Shown here piece after piece: positions 1-13,056 of a stretch of DNA of 64,000 nt. How positions within the stretch are numbered: the stretch's first letter is position 1; every line of letters starts with the position of its first letter. The translations under genes and the position numbers were made by a program. Origin of the DNA: Blepharisma stoltei ATCC 30299 (lineage: Eukaryota > Protista > Ciliophora); assembly GCA_965603825.1 (NCBI GenBank), contig CBFDEM010000012.1:1-64000 (forward strand), in the 5' to 3' direction. The notes under the pieces were generated by a model. The model was not told where the DNA came from. It saw nothing but the letters and a program-made list of their open reading frames with translations, and did no database searches.

Positions 1-1216
1 ACCCTAACACCCTAACACCCCTAACACCCTAACACCCTAACACCCTAACACCCTAACACCCTAACACCCTAACACCCTAACACCCTAACACCCTAACACC
101 CTAACACCCTAACACCCTAACACCCTAACACCCTAACACCCTAACACCCCTAACACCCTAACACCCTAACACCCTAACACCCTAACACCCTAACACCCTA
201 ACACCCTAACACCCTAACACCCTAACACCCTAACACCCTAACACCCTAACACCCTAACACCCTAACACCCTAACCCCTAACACCCTAACACCCTAACACC
301 CTAACACCCTAACACCCTAACACCCTAACACCCTAACACCCTAAACACCCTAACACCCTAACACCCTAACACCCTAACACCCTAACACCCTAACACCCTA
401 ACACCCTAACACCCTAACACCCTAACACCCTAACACCCTAACACCCTAACACCCTAACACCCTAACACCCTAACACCCTAACACCCTAACACCCTAACAC
501 CCTAACACCCTAACACCCTAACACCCTAACACCCTAACACCCTAACACCCTAACACCCTAACACCCTAACACCCTAACACCCTAACACCCTAACACCCTA
601 ACACCCTAACACCCTAACACCCTAACACCCTAACACCCTAACACCCTAACACCCTAACACCCTAACACCCTAACACCCTAACACCCTAACACCCTAACAC
701 CCTAACACCCTAACACCCTAACACCCTAACACCCTAACACCCTAACACCCTAACACCCTAACACCCTAACACCCTAACACCCTAACACCCTAACACCCTA
801 ACACCCTAACACCCTAACACCCTAACACCCTAACACCCTAACACCCTAACACCCTAACACCCTAACACCCTAACACCCTAACACCCTAACACCCTAACAC
901 CCTAACACCCTAACACCCTAACACCCTAACACCCTAACACCCTAACACCCTAACACCCTAACACCCCTAACACCCTAACACCCTAACACCCTAACACCCT
1001 AACACCCTAACACCCTAACACCCTAACACCCTAACACCCTAACACCCTAACACCCTAACACCCTAACACCCTAACACCCTAACACCCTAACACCCTAACA
1101 CCCTAACACCCTAACACCCTAACACCCTAACACCCTAACACCCTAACACCCTAACACCCTAACACCCTAACACCCTAACACCCTAACACCCTAACACCCT
1201 AACACCCTAACACCCT
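1..1216 (+). repeat. Telomere, (CCCTAACA)n, ~150 units
   Basis: Near-perfect 8-mer array from base 1 with a few +/-1-2 nt variant units. CCCTAACA is the heterotrich (Blepharisma/Stentor) telomere unit. Confidence 0.99.
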
Positions 1217-1234
1217 TAAATTAGAAGTGCTCAT
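1215..1234 (-). pseudogene. 5' stub (codons 1-7, MSTSNLR) of a type-B USP paralog, truncated by telomere addition
   Basis: cttaaattagaagtgctcatatttattgaattctacaaat at 1215-1254 is identical to the start regions of the paralogs with ATG at 8372 and 16491. Confidence 0.92.
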
Positions 1235-1798
1235 ATTTATTGAATTCTACAAATCTAATATAAAAATATGGATTTCGCCTAAACTGGCTTTATCTCAGGC
1301 TATAAAATATTGATAATTAACTATCATAAAATTCTGTTGAATAGATAGGGCATAGCTTATTAAATCATGCTAAAGCTGAGATTATCATTTTAAACAATAA
1401 ATCAAAAATAGCATAAATTAAGAGCTGAAATTAAATAGATTAGTATAAGTTATCTGCTTTGTTAAGATTGAAACAAGACAGCTGAAATATTAAAAATTTG
1501 TTCGTTGAATTATTTGGCAAGAAGAATAAATTGTGAAAAGAAAAAGTTGACACATTATTTCACAGGTTATATCGAATTAATTATTAATTATTATTATAAG
1601 TTTCTGTATTTAATACCTTTGCTTTATGTGGAAGAATTGATGGAATCTTAAAAAAGATAAAGGAAAATTTAAAGCATTAAATATAAGTCATAACATTATT
1701 TTGCATCATAGCATAGCTGTTTAACCTGATTCTTTTTAATCTTTTATTAATCTTTTAAGTCAACAAGCTTAATCATGTTCAAACGAAAGAGAATAGAA

Positions 1799-4381
1799 TT
1801 AATTATTTTTCTTATAAAATGCAAGGTAAAGCCTATTCCAATCAGGATCTGTTTTGCTCACATCAGAATCATTATACTTCTCCCATTCATTTTCATCATT
1901 TTTCGTAAATGCTATAAAATTTTTCTCATATCAGCATATGACTCCGAAAAGATTGTAAAAATTATTTTCAACCTGCAAAGAACTTGGGATTTCTTGTGAT
2001 AACCGACTAGGCATATAAATTGCTAAAATGCATGGCCATTGAATGCTTTCAGTTTTCATTACAATATCTCTCATTCCTCCACAATTTGCACAATGTAATT
2101 GATTTTGCCCTGAAAAATTTTTCCAATCTTTTAGCCAATTTAAGAAGCTTTCTATGTCATTTTGCTGATTTTCTGGAATATTTATAAAATTTTGACTGTC
2201 TTCTTTTTCTTCTTTATGGTTAAATTGGCAAGTAAATGATTGTTTTTTGATAATAGAAAAGAGCTCAGGGTTCCCAACTTTACCTGAAATAATTATAAAT
2301 AAATCTTTAGGATCGTTTTTATAAAACCCGTTAAAATTTACCATCGAGTATTCTTCTGGGATGATATCTTTGATTTCTTTTATGTGGGGTCTTATTTGAT
2401 GCTCTGGAGAATTAGATTGTATTAATTGTATAACTTGTGTCAAACTTCTCAGTAATTTATCAGAGGAGCAATTCTTTATAAACTCCGCAAATTCAGTAGC
2501 GCTTGCTAAGATTTGAATAAGAGAATTCATATAGCTAGTATTTCACATATTAGGCAACCCAGATTTGCTGAAAGCTTTGCTGTGATCCGCTTTTAACCTT
2601 GGAGCTTCTTGTTGGCTACTAATACATGGGGCTTCGGCTTGAATTTCTGGATCATTTAAGAGATCTTTAACCAAATTTAGAGGAAGGATCTTTGGCTGAG
2701 GAGATATTATAGGTTGGTTACTAGGCACAATTTGAGAATAGTCGAATTCGACTGTAATTTTGGCATTTTTTTTATGTTCTAATTGCTGTATCTTATTTTC
2801 AAAGCTATCAATTTTCTCTTTATTGAATTTTTTGTCAGCTGATGATAAGGCTTCCCAATCCTTTAGTTTTTTTTCTGTTTCTTTATTTCAGCTCTCAATT
2901 TTAATTTGGAGACCCGCTAAAGTCTCATCGATTTGCTGCTTACTTGGAATATTTATAAATTTCTGGTTAATTTGTTCCAGTTTGCTTGTGAAAGAAGAAT
3001 CCAAATTGTCATATTTAAGATTAAGCATACCAATTTTAGGTTTCAAATAATTTTCCAATTCAGCAAGCTTGCATTCAGTATTTTGGTTAGACTCTTGCAG
3101 TATTTTTAAATCAATTGCAGAACTTGATTTTATTTCTTGATACAAATTATATAATTGTTTATAATTTTGATCAATAGTTGATACTAGGTCGTCATGTGCT
3201 CTTTTTCTTGCTTCCTCGATAATTGCCTCTGGATCTATATTATTCTTTGTGATATCAAATTGTTTTAATTTAGAATCAAAATTTTTGAATTTTTCATCCA
3301 ATGGTTTTATATACACATTATAAAACTGTTCATAGCTTTGATTATTAATTGATACTAGATCGCCATATGCTCTTTTTCTTGCTTTCTCAATAATTGCCTC
3401 GGGATCTATAAAGTTTAATAAATCTTCTTTGGCTTTATTGGCTTGCTGATATCTTAAAGACTCTTCATGGCTATATATTTCTAAATTTTTCTGGAGTTTC
3501 CTTTCAAATTCTTTTCTTAATCTTGCCTCTACGTCAGCTAAGGACTTTTCAATTAATATTTTTATCTTCAAATCGTCTTTTTCAGTGTCACATCCAGTAT
3601 TTTTGTCAAACTGATTTCCTATCGACTTAATCTCTCCTTTTATTTCTTTGTGATTTTCGCTATTATATTCATCACTTTCTAATATTTTTGATTCTGTACC
3701 AGACGCTTTATGATTGAACGCACTTGGAAATGGATCAGGAGATTTAAACCAATTTTTAGAAGAGAGAGCTGTAGGCTCTGCTGAAGCGTTTCTGCTGTAA
3801 AGTTCTTTTACTCTATTATCAGATAGCAATTTTTGTACTCTTTGGCTTTTCTCAGATGTTATTTTAATATCGTGATCCATCAAAGATTTTTTCAGTCTCA
3901 AATAAACCAAAGTTGTTGGGCAAACGAAATTCAACTGTCCTTTTAGTATTTTTGCTTCTTGGCTGCTACAATCATATCACTGATCATCAAATAGGCATAA
4001 GACTTGCTTATTATTAAAGCTGGAAATTAATTTATATTCACCTTCATAAATATTGAATTTTATTCTTGACTCTCTTTTTTGAACAAAAATAATATCTTTA
4101 AGATCAGTTGATACTTCGCGTAAATTTTTTTCTATTATCTGAATAAAATTATAACAAATTGGATTTCTTTTAAAAAATTCTTCAAATATATCTGATAGAC
4201 TCCTATTCAATAAGATGTAGAATTTTCAAAGAGTCCTATCAGAAATTTGGCTTCTAAAAGCGTTATTTATAATGTCATCCATCTCTTTATCACGAATTTG
4301 AAAGTTGAGGCCATGGTGAGCACTGTTATTATTTATTGTAGCTATAACCCAGCACGCAGTTCTTAAGTTAGACGTACTCAT
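1799..4381 (-). CDS. USP/peptidase C19 paralog A1, ~860 aa, predicted catalytically inactive
   Basis: One open frame with UGA=Trp from ATG 4381 to TAA 1799. Cys box reads GLPNMWNTSYMNS (C->S) and His box reads ICWYEKNFIAF (H->N). No canonical intron. Confidence 0.88.
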
Positions 4382-4860
4382 ATTTATTGCATTCTACAAA
4401 TTTTCATCAAAAGTATAAATATAACGTTTGCATTAAAAATTCTGTTTAGGCATTGTGAAATTTAGCCGCTTATAGTTCTTAATAAAATAGCTGTGTGTAG
4501 TAGATACTAAATTAAAAAGCAGCTATACTGAAAATTTATCAACACTATATCAAGTAATTGATTCTATTATAATATAAAGCCTTATCGCTATCTGTATAGG
4601 TATTGTGCTATAGCTTGAAGTTTGATTTCATAAAGCACCATTTTATATAATCAATGAATTTGGTGAACTAAAAAAGTTAGGTTATCGTAATATGAAGTCG
4701 AATTTTCATTTGTAAATGCTTAGCAGATTCTGATAAAATTGCAATAATAAAAAATGGCTTCTATTTAGCACCACTAATACCATGATATCCTAGCACTCTG
4801 AAGAAATAAGTTTAAATTAGTGCTTATCCCGAATTATTAGTATGCATTGCTGAAGTATAG

Positions 4861-5155
4861 GTATCGAAATACGAATCGTTATAAGTTGCAGTTAGGGCTA
4901 ATTCTTAGTTACACTGAAACTAAATTTAAATACCTATTATTAAAAATGAACATCTAGCAGATTGAGAGCAGGTTAACTTTAGAGGATAATGGTTATACAT
5001 GAATAAAGCGAGAGTATTGAAATACGCATAATAATAATCTGCAATTTAGGCTATTTCTTAGTTGCACTGAAACTAAATGAAATACTTATTATAGAAGTTG
5101 GATGCCTTCCAGATTGGGAGAAGGTTTTAGTTTTGGCTTTTAGAGGATAATGATT
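4861..5155. repeat. Degenerate direct repeat, two ~135-140 bp copies (4861-4994, 5014-5155)
   Basis: gtatcgaaatacg...ttcttagttacactgaaactaaat...tttagaggataatg recurs as gtattgaaatacg...ttcttagttgcactgaaactaaat...tttagaggataatg. Confidence 0.8.
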
Positions 5156-5753
5156 CATAAAATCACTGTAGCATCAAGATCGAATAAAGTAGAGAGTAAA
5201 GCTTATTTTACCTGATCAAAGGCACTTAAATGCAAAATAAATAAAGAGCTGTATCAAGTAGATTAAATATTGTTCAATTAAAGGCGGCTCTATGAATATT
5301 TTCGTGTATAGAGAAATAATTCTTTGAATAAAAAGAATAAATCTTTATAATAAAAGCAAAGAATAAACTTAATAAAATATTAGCTCAATTATTTGAATGA
5401 ATTTCTTTTAATTTTCGCTTTAATTATTTATGAAGCATTTTTACTCTGTAATTGTAATTAGAGCTCAAGAAAATTATGATTGCTGATAAACTAAAGTAAA
5501 TAATCAAGATTATTAATTTTTATCTGAGATAACAATAATAATTCTTTAAGTAATTTAGGAAAAGATGCTATACTAAATAAATTACTATCATTTTATCTTC
5601 ACGTTAGTAAGCTAGAATTAATACAATGATGGAGCCATTCCTCCTTTTAATAAGGTTAATGAGTGCCATGCAGTTATATGAATAATAATTTTAATGCATG
5701 ATTGATTAAAGTTATTTTTTACAATCAATTCTACTAAAAAATGATTTTTATCA

Positions 5754-8372
5754 TTAATTATTTTTCCGATAAAATGCAAGATAAAGCCTATTCCAATCAG
5801 GATCTGCTTTAATCACATCAGAATCATCATACTTCTCCCATTCATTTTCATTATTTTTAGTAAATGCTATAAAATGATTTCCATTAAAACATATGATTCC
5901 GAAAAGGTTGTAAAAATTATTTTCAATCTGAAATAAGCTTGGAATTTCTCCTGATGACTGATAATTTGGCATATAAATTGTTAATATATTTGGCAATTGA
6001 ATACGTTCTGTCTGCATTATAGTTTCTCTCAATGTTCCACAGCTTGCGCAATTTAACTGATTTTCCCCTGAATAAATTTCCTGTTCTTTTATTTCTTTAA
6101 AGAATTTTTCTATATCATTTTGCTTATTTGTTGGAATAATTATAAGATTTGAGCAATCTTCATTATAGATTTTATGTTGAAAAGGTTGACAGGTAAAAGA
6201 TTGATTTTTGACAACAGTAAAAAGATCTCGATTTTCAACTTTATCTGAAATTATAGCAAACAGATCTTTTGCATCATTTTTAGATGATCACATATGCTAA
6301 ATAAAAAATACCTTTGAGTATTCTTCTGAAATTATATTTTTCAATTCTATTATATGCGGTCTTATAAAATAGCTATCAGAATTAGATTGTATTAACTCAA
6401 TAAGTTGGCTCAAACTGTAGAATAACTTATCTGAGGGGCAATTCTTTATATATTCAACAAATTCAGTAGCACTTGCAAATATTTGAATAAGAGAATTCAT
6501 ATAGCAAGTATTCCCTATATTAGGTAGCCCAGATTTGCTGAATAATCCACTGTGATTATCTTTTAAACTTTTGCCAGCTTTTCTGCTGCTAATATAATGC
6601 CTTCCTTCTTGAATATCCTGAATATTTATAAACTCTTTAACTGAATTCTTTGGCTGAGGAGATATTATAAATTGATTACTAGGTACAAATTGAGAATAAC
6701 TGAATTCGATTGGACTTTTGGAATTTATTTTATTTTCTAATCGCTGAATTTTATCATCAAGATCATTCCTCAGCTTATCAATTTTCTCTTCATTAAGTTT
6801 TTGGTCAGCTAATAATAAAACTTCCCAATCCTTTAGTTTTTTTTCTGTTGCTTTATTTCAGCTCTCAATTTTAGTTTGAAGACTTGCTAAATTTTCATAG
6901 ATGTTTTGCTTGCTTGGAATGTTTATAAATTTCTGGTCTATTTTTTCCAGTTTACTTGCGATAGAATAATCAGCATTTCTTGATAAAGTTTCATATTTAA
7001 GATTGAGAACGCTAATTTCATTTTTAAGATCGCTTTCTAATACAAGATGATTACATTTAGTATTTTGGTTAGACTCTTGCGGTATTTCTAAATCATTTGC
7101 AGAGCTTGAAATTTTAGAATCTTTAATTGATTTTATTTCTTGGTATCATTTTTTATCCATTTGATCTATAGCTGCTTTTAAATTATTATAAGCCCTTACT
7201 TCTGCTTCTTTAATAATCATCTCAGGATCTATATTAATTTTCGAAGCATCAAGTTTCTTAAGCTTAAGATCAAATTCTTTGAGTTTGCCATCTAAAGAAT
7301 TTAATGCCTTAGGTAAAATTTGTAATAAACCAAAGTGCTTTTTTTCTAAATTTATAAGCTCATTTTTTATATTCATCATTTTTTCCTGTTGCATTTGAGC
7401 ATAATTAACTGCAGAGTTAAATAGTTCTTCTTTGGTTTTATTTACTTGCTGATGTTTTAAAGACTCTTCATGTTTGTATTTTTCTAAACTTTTCTGGAGT
7501 TTCACTTCAAAATTTTTTGTTAACCTTGTCTCAATATCTAAGCATCTTTCATTAAATATTTTTATAATTTGATCGATTTTAGAGTCAGAATCAGCAGTCT
7601 TGCTAGTTTCTCTATCTCTGAAAATATTACCTCTTTCTACTTCTTCTTTATTATATCTTCTTTCTGTTACTTCTGATATTATAATCATATTATTATAATT
7701 TTGCTCCCGTGATAATGGTTTAGGAGAGCTGGAAAGGTTTCTGGAAACAGAAGTAGGCTCTGCTGAAGTATTTCTTTTAGCAATTCCATTTGATTTAATC
7801 TCAAATGTTAATTGTTGTACTCTTCGGTTTTGCTCAGATGTTATTTCAACGTTGTTAGCTATCAAAGGCTTTGTTTTATCTCTCATGTAAACCAAAGTTG
7901 CTGGAAAAGTGAAATCAGGTAATCCTTTTATTAATAATTCTCTATTACTGTTGCAATCATACCACTGCTCGTTAAATAAGCAAAATGCTTGCCTTTCATT
8001 AAAACTGGATATTAGTTTATATTCGCCTTCGTAAATATTTGCATTCATTTTAGACGTTCTTTTATAAACAAAAAGAACATCTTTTAGATTAGTTGATACT
8101 TCTGGTAAGCGCAAACTTTCTATTTTCGGAGTTATATATCTGCTTCAAGTTGGGTTTCTTTGAAAAATTGCTTCAAATGTATCTGAAAGGCTCTTGCCTA
8201 ATAAGTTGTGGAACGTTTTAAGATTGCAATCTCGAATTTGGTGTCTGAAAGCGTTAGCTATAGTTTCATACAATTCTTTATCATAAAGTTGGAAGTTGAG
8301 TTTATTGTAATTACTGCTGTTGTTAATTGCAGCTATAATATAGCACGCAGTTCTTAAATTAGAAGTGCTCAT
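5754..8372 (-). CDS. USP/peptidase C19 paralog B1, ~867 aa, one 15-nt intron (6297-6311)
   Basis: Continuous frame with UGA=Trp. Cys box GLPNIGNTCYMNS, finger CASC, His box NGNHFIAF...WEKYDDS. Intron gtattttttatttag. Confidence 0.92.
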
Positions 8373-8589
8373 ATTTATTGAATTCTACAAATAAAAATAC
8401 AGAAAATGTAAGTTCGTAGAGAAACTCAAGCTGATTCTGCTTCTAAAATTAAAGGAAGTGAAATTTACAGGCTTTTTTGATGGAAGTTGATAATGGCATT
8501 TTATCAGAATTTATATTTTTAAATCAGAATGGGCTATTATTAGAAAAATTAATTCTAGATCAGATAATATTTTCCACTTTTGATGGCAT

Positions 8590-9010
8590 TAGGCGCCAAG
8601 AAGGAAAAGATTATCATGTTAGAATGAGCATCATGCAGCTTAGTGGGGTACTCATGGAAGGAAGGAGTTGATTTGGAGGAACAGGAACGACTGGAATTGG
8701 AGGAATATGGATTATGTGGGTATTTTATTAATTCTATATGGCCTGCATTGAAGGATTAAGTGGAGATTAATTAGAATATTTTGAAGTAACGAAGCGTACA
8801 ATGCATGATGCTTATTCTTGTAATAATTGTGATGCATTTGCTGAGGCTTTGACGTTTGAACCTTTACATTTGTAGTTTTTTTGAAGAATTTTATTTTGGT
8901 GGAGTTTATTTTTAATTTGTAAGCAAGAGAGATGCTGCATTAGCAGCGATAAAATAATTTCTATTTAGATCAAAGCCAAATCAGAAATTATTTGGAGGAC
9001 CTCTTAGAAT
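8590..9010 (+). pseudogene. Possible decayed PPPDE/DeSI (peptidase C97) relic
   Basis: Fragments YHVRMSIMQLSG...GIGGIW, YSCNNCDAFAEAL, EEFYFGG and KPNQKLFGGP resemble DeSI1 motifs, but with stops, frameshifts and out-of-order blocks. Confidence 0.35.
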
Positions 9011-9927
9011 GAGAAATTAATCTCCATAATTTTTATTCTTATAAAATCAGACCAAGGACATTCACTTTAAAAATAGCATAAATCAAAAGTTGATATTAAA
9101 TAAGAAATTTAATAGCTCAGAATAATTTATCTGTTAGTTAATGATTTATTAATCGTGAAAGAATAGATTGAATCTTGACATGAACTAAGTAATGTAATAA
9201 AGCTTAACTTTTTGATGTATGATAGTCATTACTAATCAATATCATATTTGCAGTTTTCTGATAACGCAAGTTTTAAATCGTGCTCCCAGAGAAAATAAAA
9301 TGATTATATGATAGAATATTCAGAATTTAGATTTATTTACTGCTTGATCGTATGTAAACTTAGCATTTATATATTTTTAGCGTAAAAAAGGCAATTTAAA
9401 TATCATATCCATATTTTTGATTAGCAAAGAAAATTTATTATAATCATTTTAATTTTTATAATATTTTTAATTAATTTATGCATCAAATAAATTTGTAGCT
9501 CTCTTAAAATGCAAGCCAACCTTTAAATAATCTTATGCATAGCTATTTTGTATAAATGATTAGCATCTTCCTGTTTGAAAAAATTTGTTTAATGTCCTTA
9601 ACTATTTTACTTTAAATCGAATAGCAATTTATCGACTTTTACGATTAGAAATTTCTTTGGTTTTAGTTTATGAATAAAGTCGATTTACATAAGATAGCAG
9701 GCTTCTAAAATTCTATAAATCAGGCTACACTAAAAGTTGTTTCCAAGGAATTAGTTTATTCAGTATTTGTGCTAAACTGAAGTTAAGTTTAATTAATTGA
9801 ATCAAAAATATAAATTCTTAAACTTATAATATTACGTGACTTCAGCTCTGTTTTGATTTCATGTTTTTTTCTGCATTTTATTTTAAATAATTTAAATATG
9901 ATTTAAAAGAGAATTCTTTATTAATAT

Positions 9928-12900
9928 TTAATGATATTCTTTCTTCTTATAAAATGAAAGATAAAGTTTATCCCAATCAGGGTCATTTTTGCTGACTCTA
10001 TTATCATCATATTTCTCCCATTCGCTATTTTTATCCTTAGTAAATGCGATGTAATGAAACCCATAATAACATATTACTCCAAAAATTTGATAAGTCTTAT
10101 ATCCAATCTGCAACTCATCTGGGATTTCATTAAAACCCTGGTAATCAGGCATATAAATTGTTAAAATATTTGGTCAATTAACTTCTACAGTTTCCAGAAT
10201 TATATTTCTCAATTCTCCACATCCATCGCACATTAATTGATTTTGCCCATAAAAATCCTTCTTTTCTCCAACAATATTGTTTAAAAATACTCTAATATTG
10301 TTTTGATAATTTTTTGGAATAATTATAAAATTTGAAGATTCTTCGGTATATGATCTATGATTGATAGGGCATATAAAAGCTTGTCTTTTAACCAATGTAA
10401 AAGGATTTGCATCTTCAATATTATCTGAGATGATTAAAAATAGCTCTTTAGAATCATTTGGAGACCTTCCAACATACTAAATAAATATTACCATCGAACA
10501 TTCTCTTGAAATTATATCTTTAAATTCACTAATATGCTGCCTTAGTGCACTTTCTGAAGTGTTAGCATACATTAATGATATAACTGAATGTAGGCTCCGT
10601 AATAATTGACTGCTATGATTGCTGCTTATTGATTTTGTAAATTCAAGAGTGCTTGCTAATATTTGTATGACAGAATTCATATAGCAGGTATTTCCTATAT
10701 TTGGCAAGCCTGATTTGCTATAAATTTGAGATTTTATTGGTAGAGTTTGAGCCTGAGTGTTTATAGGCCGTCTTTGAATTTTAGATTCTTGATAATTTTG
10801 AGAATTTATATTTTGTCTTGATGGCAGACTCACTGTTTGGTCATGCATCTGATATGCGGCTTGAAGTTCATTTGAACGAATAGCAGATTGTCTGAAAATT
10901 TCAGACTTATATTTTTCTATTTCTTCCTCAATTGTTTTAAGCTTTTTATCTGTTAATTCTTGGCTACTAGCTAGTTCAGATATTTCCTCCTTTCTAATAT
11001 TATTGCTTTTTAGTATATTTTCGATGAAATTATCAGCTTGCAATTTCAAATCCCCCAATCTCTTATTTAAATCATTACTTTGAGTCTTAAGCTTTTCGGT
11101 TTCAGATTTATTGGTTTCAGATAGTTTACCAATGCTATTAATTTGATACTTTATTTCTTCAATATCTCTTTTGAAATCATTTATTTTTGTATCATTTTCC
11201 TTTTTAAAATAACTATATGGAAATTCAAAATTCGATTTTACTTCATTTATTTCGTTTTTAATACTCTTTTTCTCTTTATCGATATATTCTTTTAAGCTTC
11301 TTTCGATTTCAATAAGTCTAGCTTGCATTTCATCTTCATCAGTTGGCTCTAATCTGAGCTCAATTGAGCTTATTTTATCTTTTAGGTTATTTATCTCAAC
11401 TTTTAAAATTTCAATATTCTTTTCTGAAATTTTTGATTCTTTCGTTGGTTTTATTTCAAGGTACAAATTATATAATTGTTTATAATTTTGATCAATAATT
11501 GATACTAAATCTTCATGTGCTCTTTTTCTTGCTTCCTCAATAATTGTCTCTGAATCTATATTATTCTTTGGGACATCAAATTGTTTTAATTTAGAGTCAA
11601 AATCTTTGAATTTTTTACTCAATGGTTTTATATACTCATTATAAAACTGTTCATAACTTTGATTATTAATTGATACTAGGTCGTCATGTGCTCTTTTTCT
11701 TGCTTCCTCAATAATTGCCTCTGGATCTATATTATTCTTTGGGATATCAAATTGTTTTAATTTAGAATCAAAATTTTTGAATTTTTCATCCAATGGTTTT
11801 ATATACTCATTATAAAACTGTTCATAACTTTGATTATTAATTGATACTAGGTCGTCATATGCTTTTTTTCTTGCTTTCTCAATAATTGCGTCTGGATCTA
11901 TATTATTCTTTGGGTCATCAAATTGTTTTAATTTAGAATCAAAATTTTTGAATTTTTTATCCAGTGGCTTTAATATATTTGGTAACAGCTGGAATAAGTC
12001 TAGGTATTTTTTTTCTAAATTTATAAACGTGACTTCTGCTTTTTTCATTATTTCCTGATGCATGTCAGAATAATTGCTTATAAAGTTTAATAAATCTTCC
12101 TTAGCTTTATTGGCTTGCTGATGTCTTAAAGGCTCTTCATTTCTATATATTTCTGAATTTTTCTGGATTTTCGATTCAAATTCGTTTCTTAACCTTGCCT
12201 CCACTTCAGCTAAGGACTTCTCAATTAATATTTTTATTTTTAAATCATCTTTTTCAGCGTCACAACAAGTATTTTTACCAGGCTGATTGCCTATCAGCTT
12301 ATTCTCTCCTTCTATTTCTGTGTACTTTTCACTATTGTATTCATCATTTTCTAATATTTTTGATTTTATATCAGACGTTTTATGATTGAACGCACTTGGA
12401 AATGGATCAGGAGATTTAAACCGATTTTTAGAAGAGGGAGCTGTACGCTCTGCTGAAGCGTTTCTACTGTAAAGTTCTTTTACTCTATTATCAGATAGCA
12501 ATTTTTGTACTCTTTGGCTTTTCTCAGATGCTATTTTAATATCGTGATCCATCAAAGATTTTTTCACTCTCAAATAAACCAAAGTTGTTGGGCAAACGAA
12601 ATTCAACTGTCCTTTTAGTAGTAGTTTTGCTTCTTTGCTGCTACAATCAAACCACAGATCATCAAATAAGCATAAGACTTGCTTGTCATTAAAGCTGGAA
12701 ATTAATTTATATTCACCTTCATAAATAGATTCTTTTATTTTAGACTCTTTTTTTTGAACAAAAAGAATATTTTTAAGATCAGTTGATACTTCGGGTAATC
12801 CTCTTTCTATTGTCTGAATAAAATTATAGCAAATTGGATTTCTTTTAAAAAATCCTTCAAATGTATCTGATAGACTCCTATTCAATAAGGTGTAGAGTTT

Positions 12901-13056
12901 TGAAAGAGTCCTATCAGAAATTTGGTTTCTTAAAGCGTTAGTTATAATTGCATCCATCTCTTTATCATGAATTTGAAAGTTGAGTTTATGACGAGCGCTG
13001 TTATTATTTATTGTAGCTATAACCCAGCATACAGTTCTTATGTTAGACGTACTCAT
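9928..13056 (-). CDS. USP/peptidase C19 paralog A2, ~1037 aa, one 15-nt intron (10477-10491)
   Basis: GLPNIGNTCYMNSVIQ, CDGC finger, YYGFHYIAF...WEKYDD. Intron gtaatatttatttag. TGA at 10174 aligns with Trp (QWP) of paralogs. Confidence 0.93.
11460..11972 (-). repeat. Intragenic tandem repeat, 3 x 171 nt (57 aa), in the coiled-coil of A2
   Basis: Unit KPLDEKFKNFDSKLKQFD.PKNNIDPEAIIEEARKRAHDDLVSINNQSYEQFYNEYI. Anchor positions 11521, 11692 and 11863 give a 171-nt period. Confidence 0.93.

Noticed and set aside
1-1216. Variant telomere units (extra C, extra A, missing AC)
   Set aside because: Isolated 1-2 nt indels cannot be told apart from long-read errors or telomerase slips, and show no higher-order pattern.
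11460-11972. 171-nt repeats as a CRISPR-like or mobile array
   Set aside because: They are in-frame coding repeats without unique spacers.
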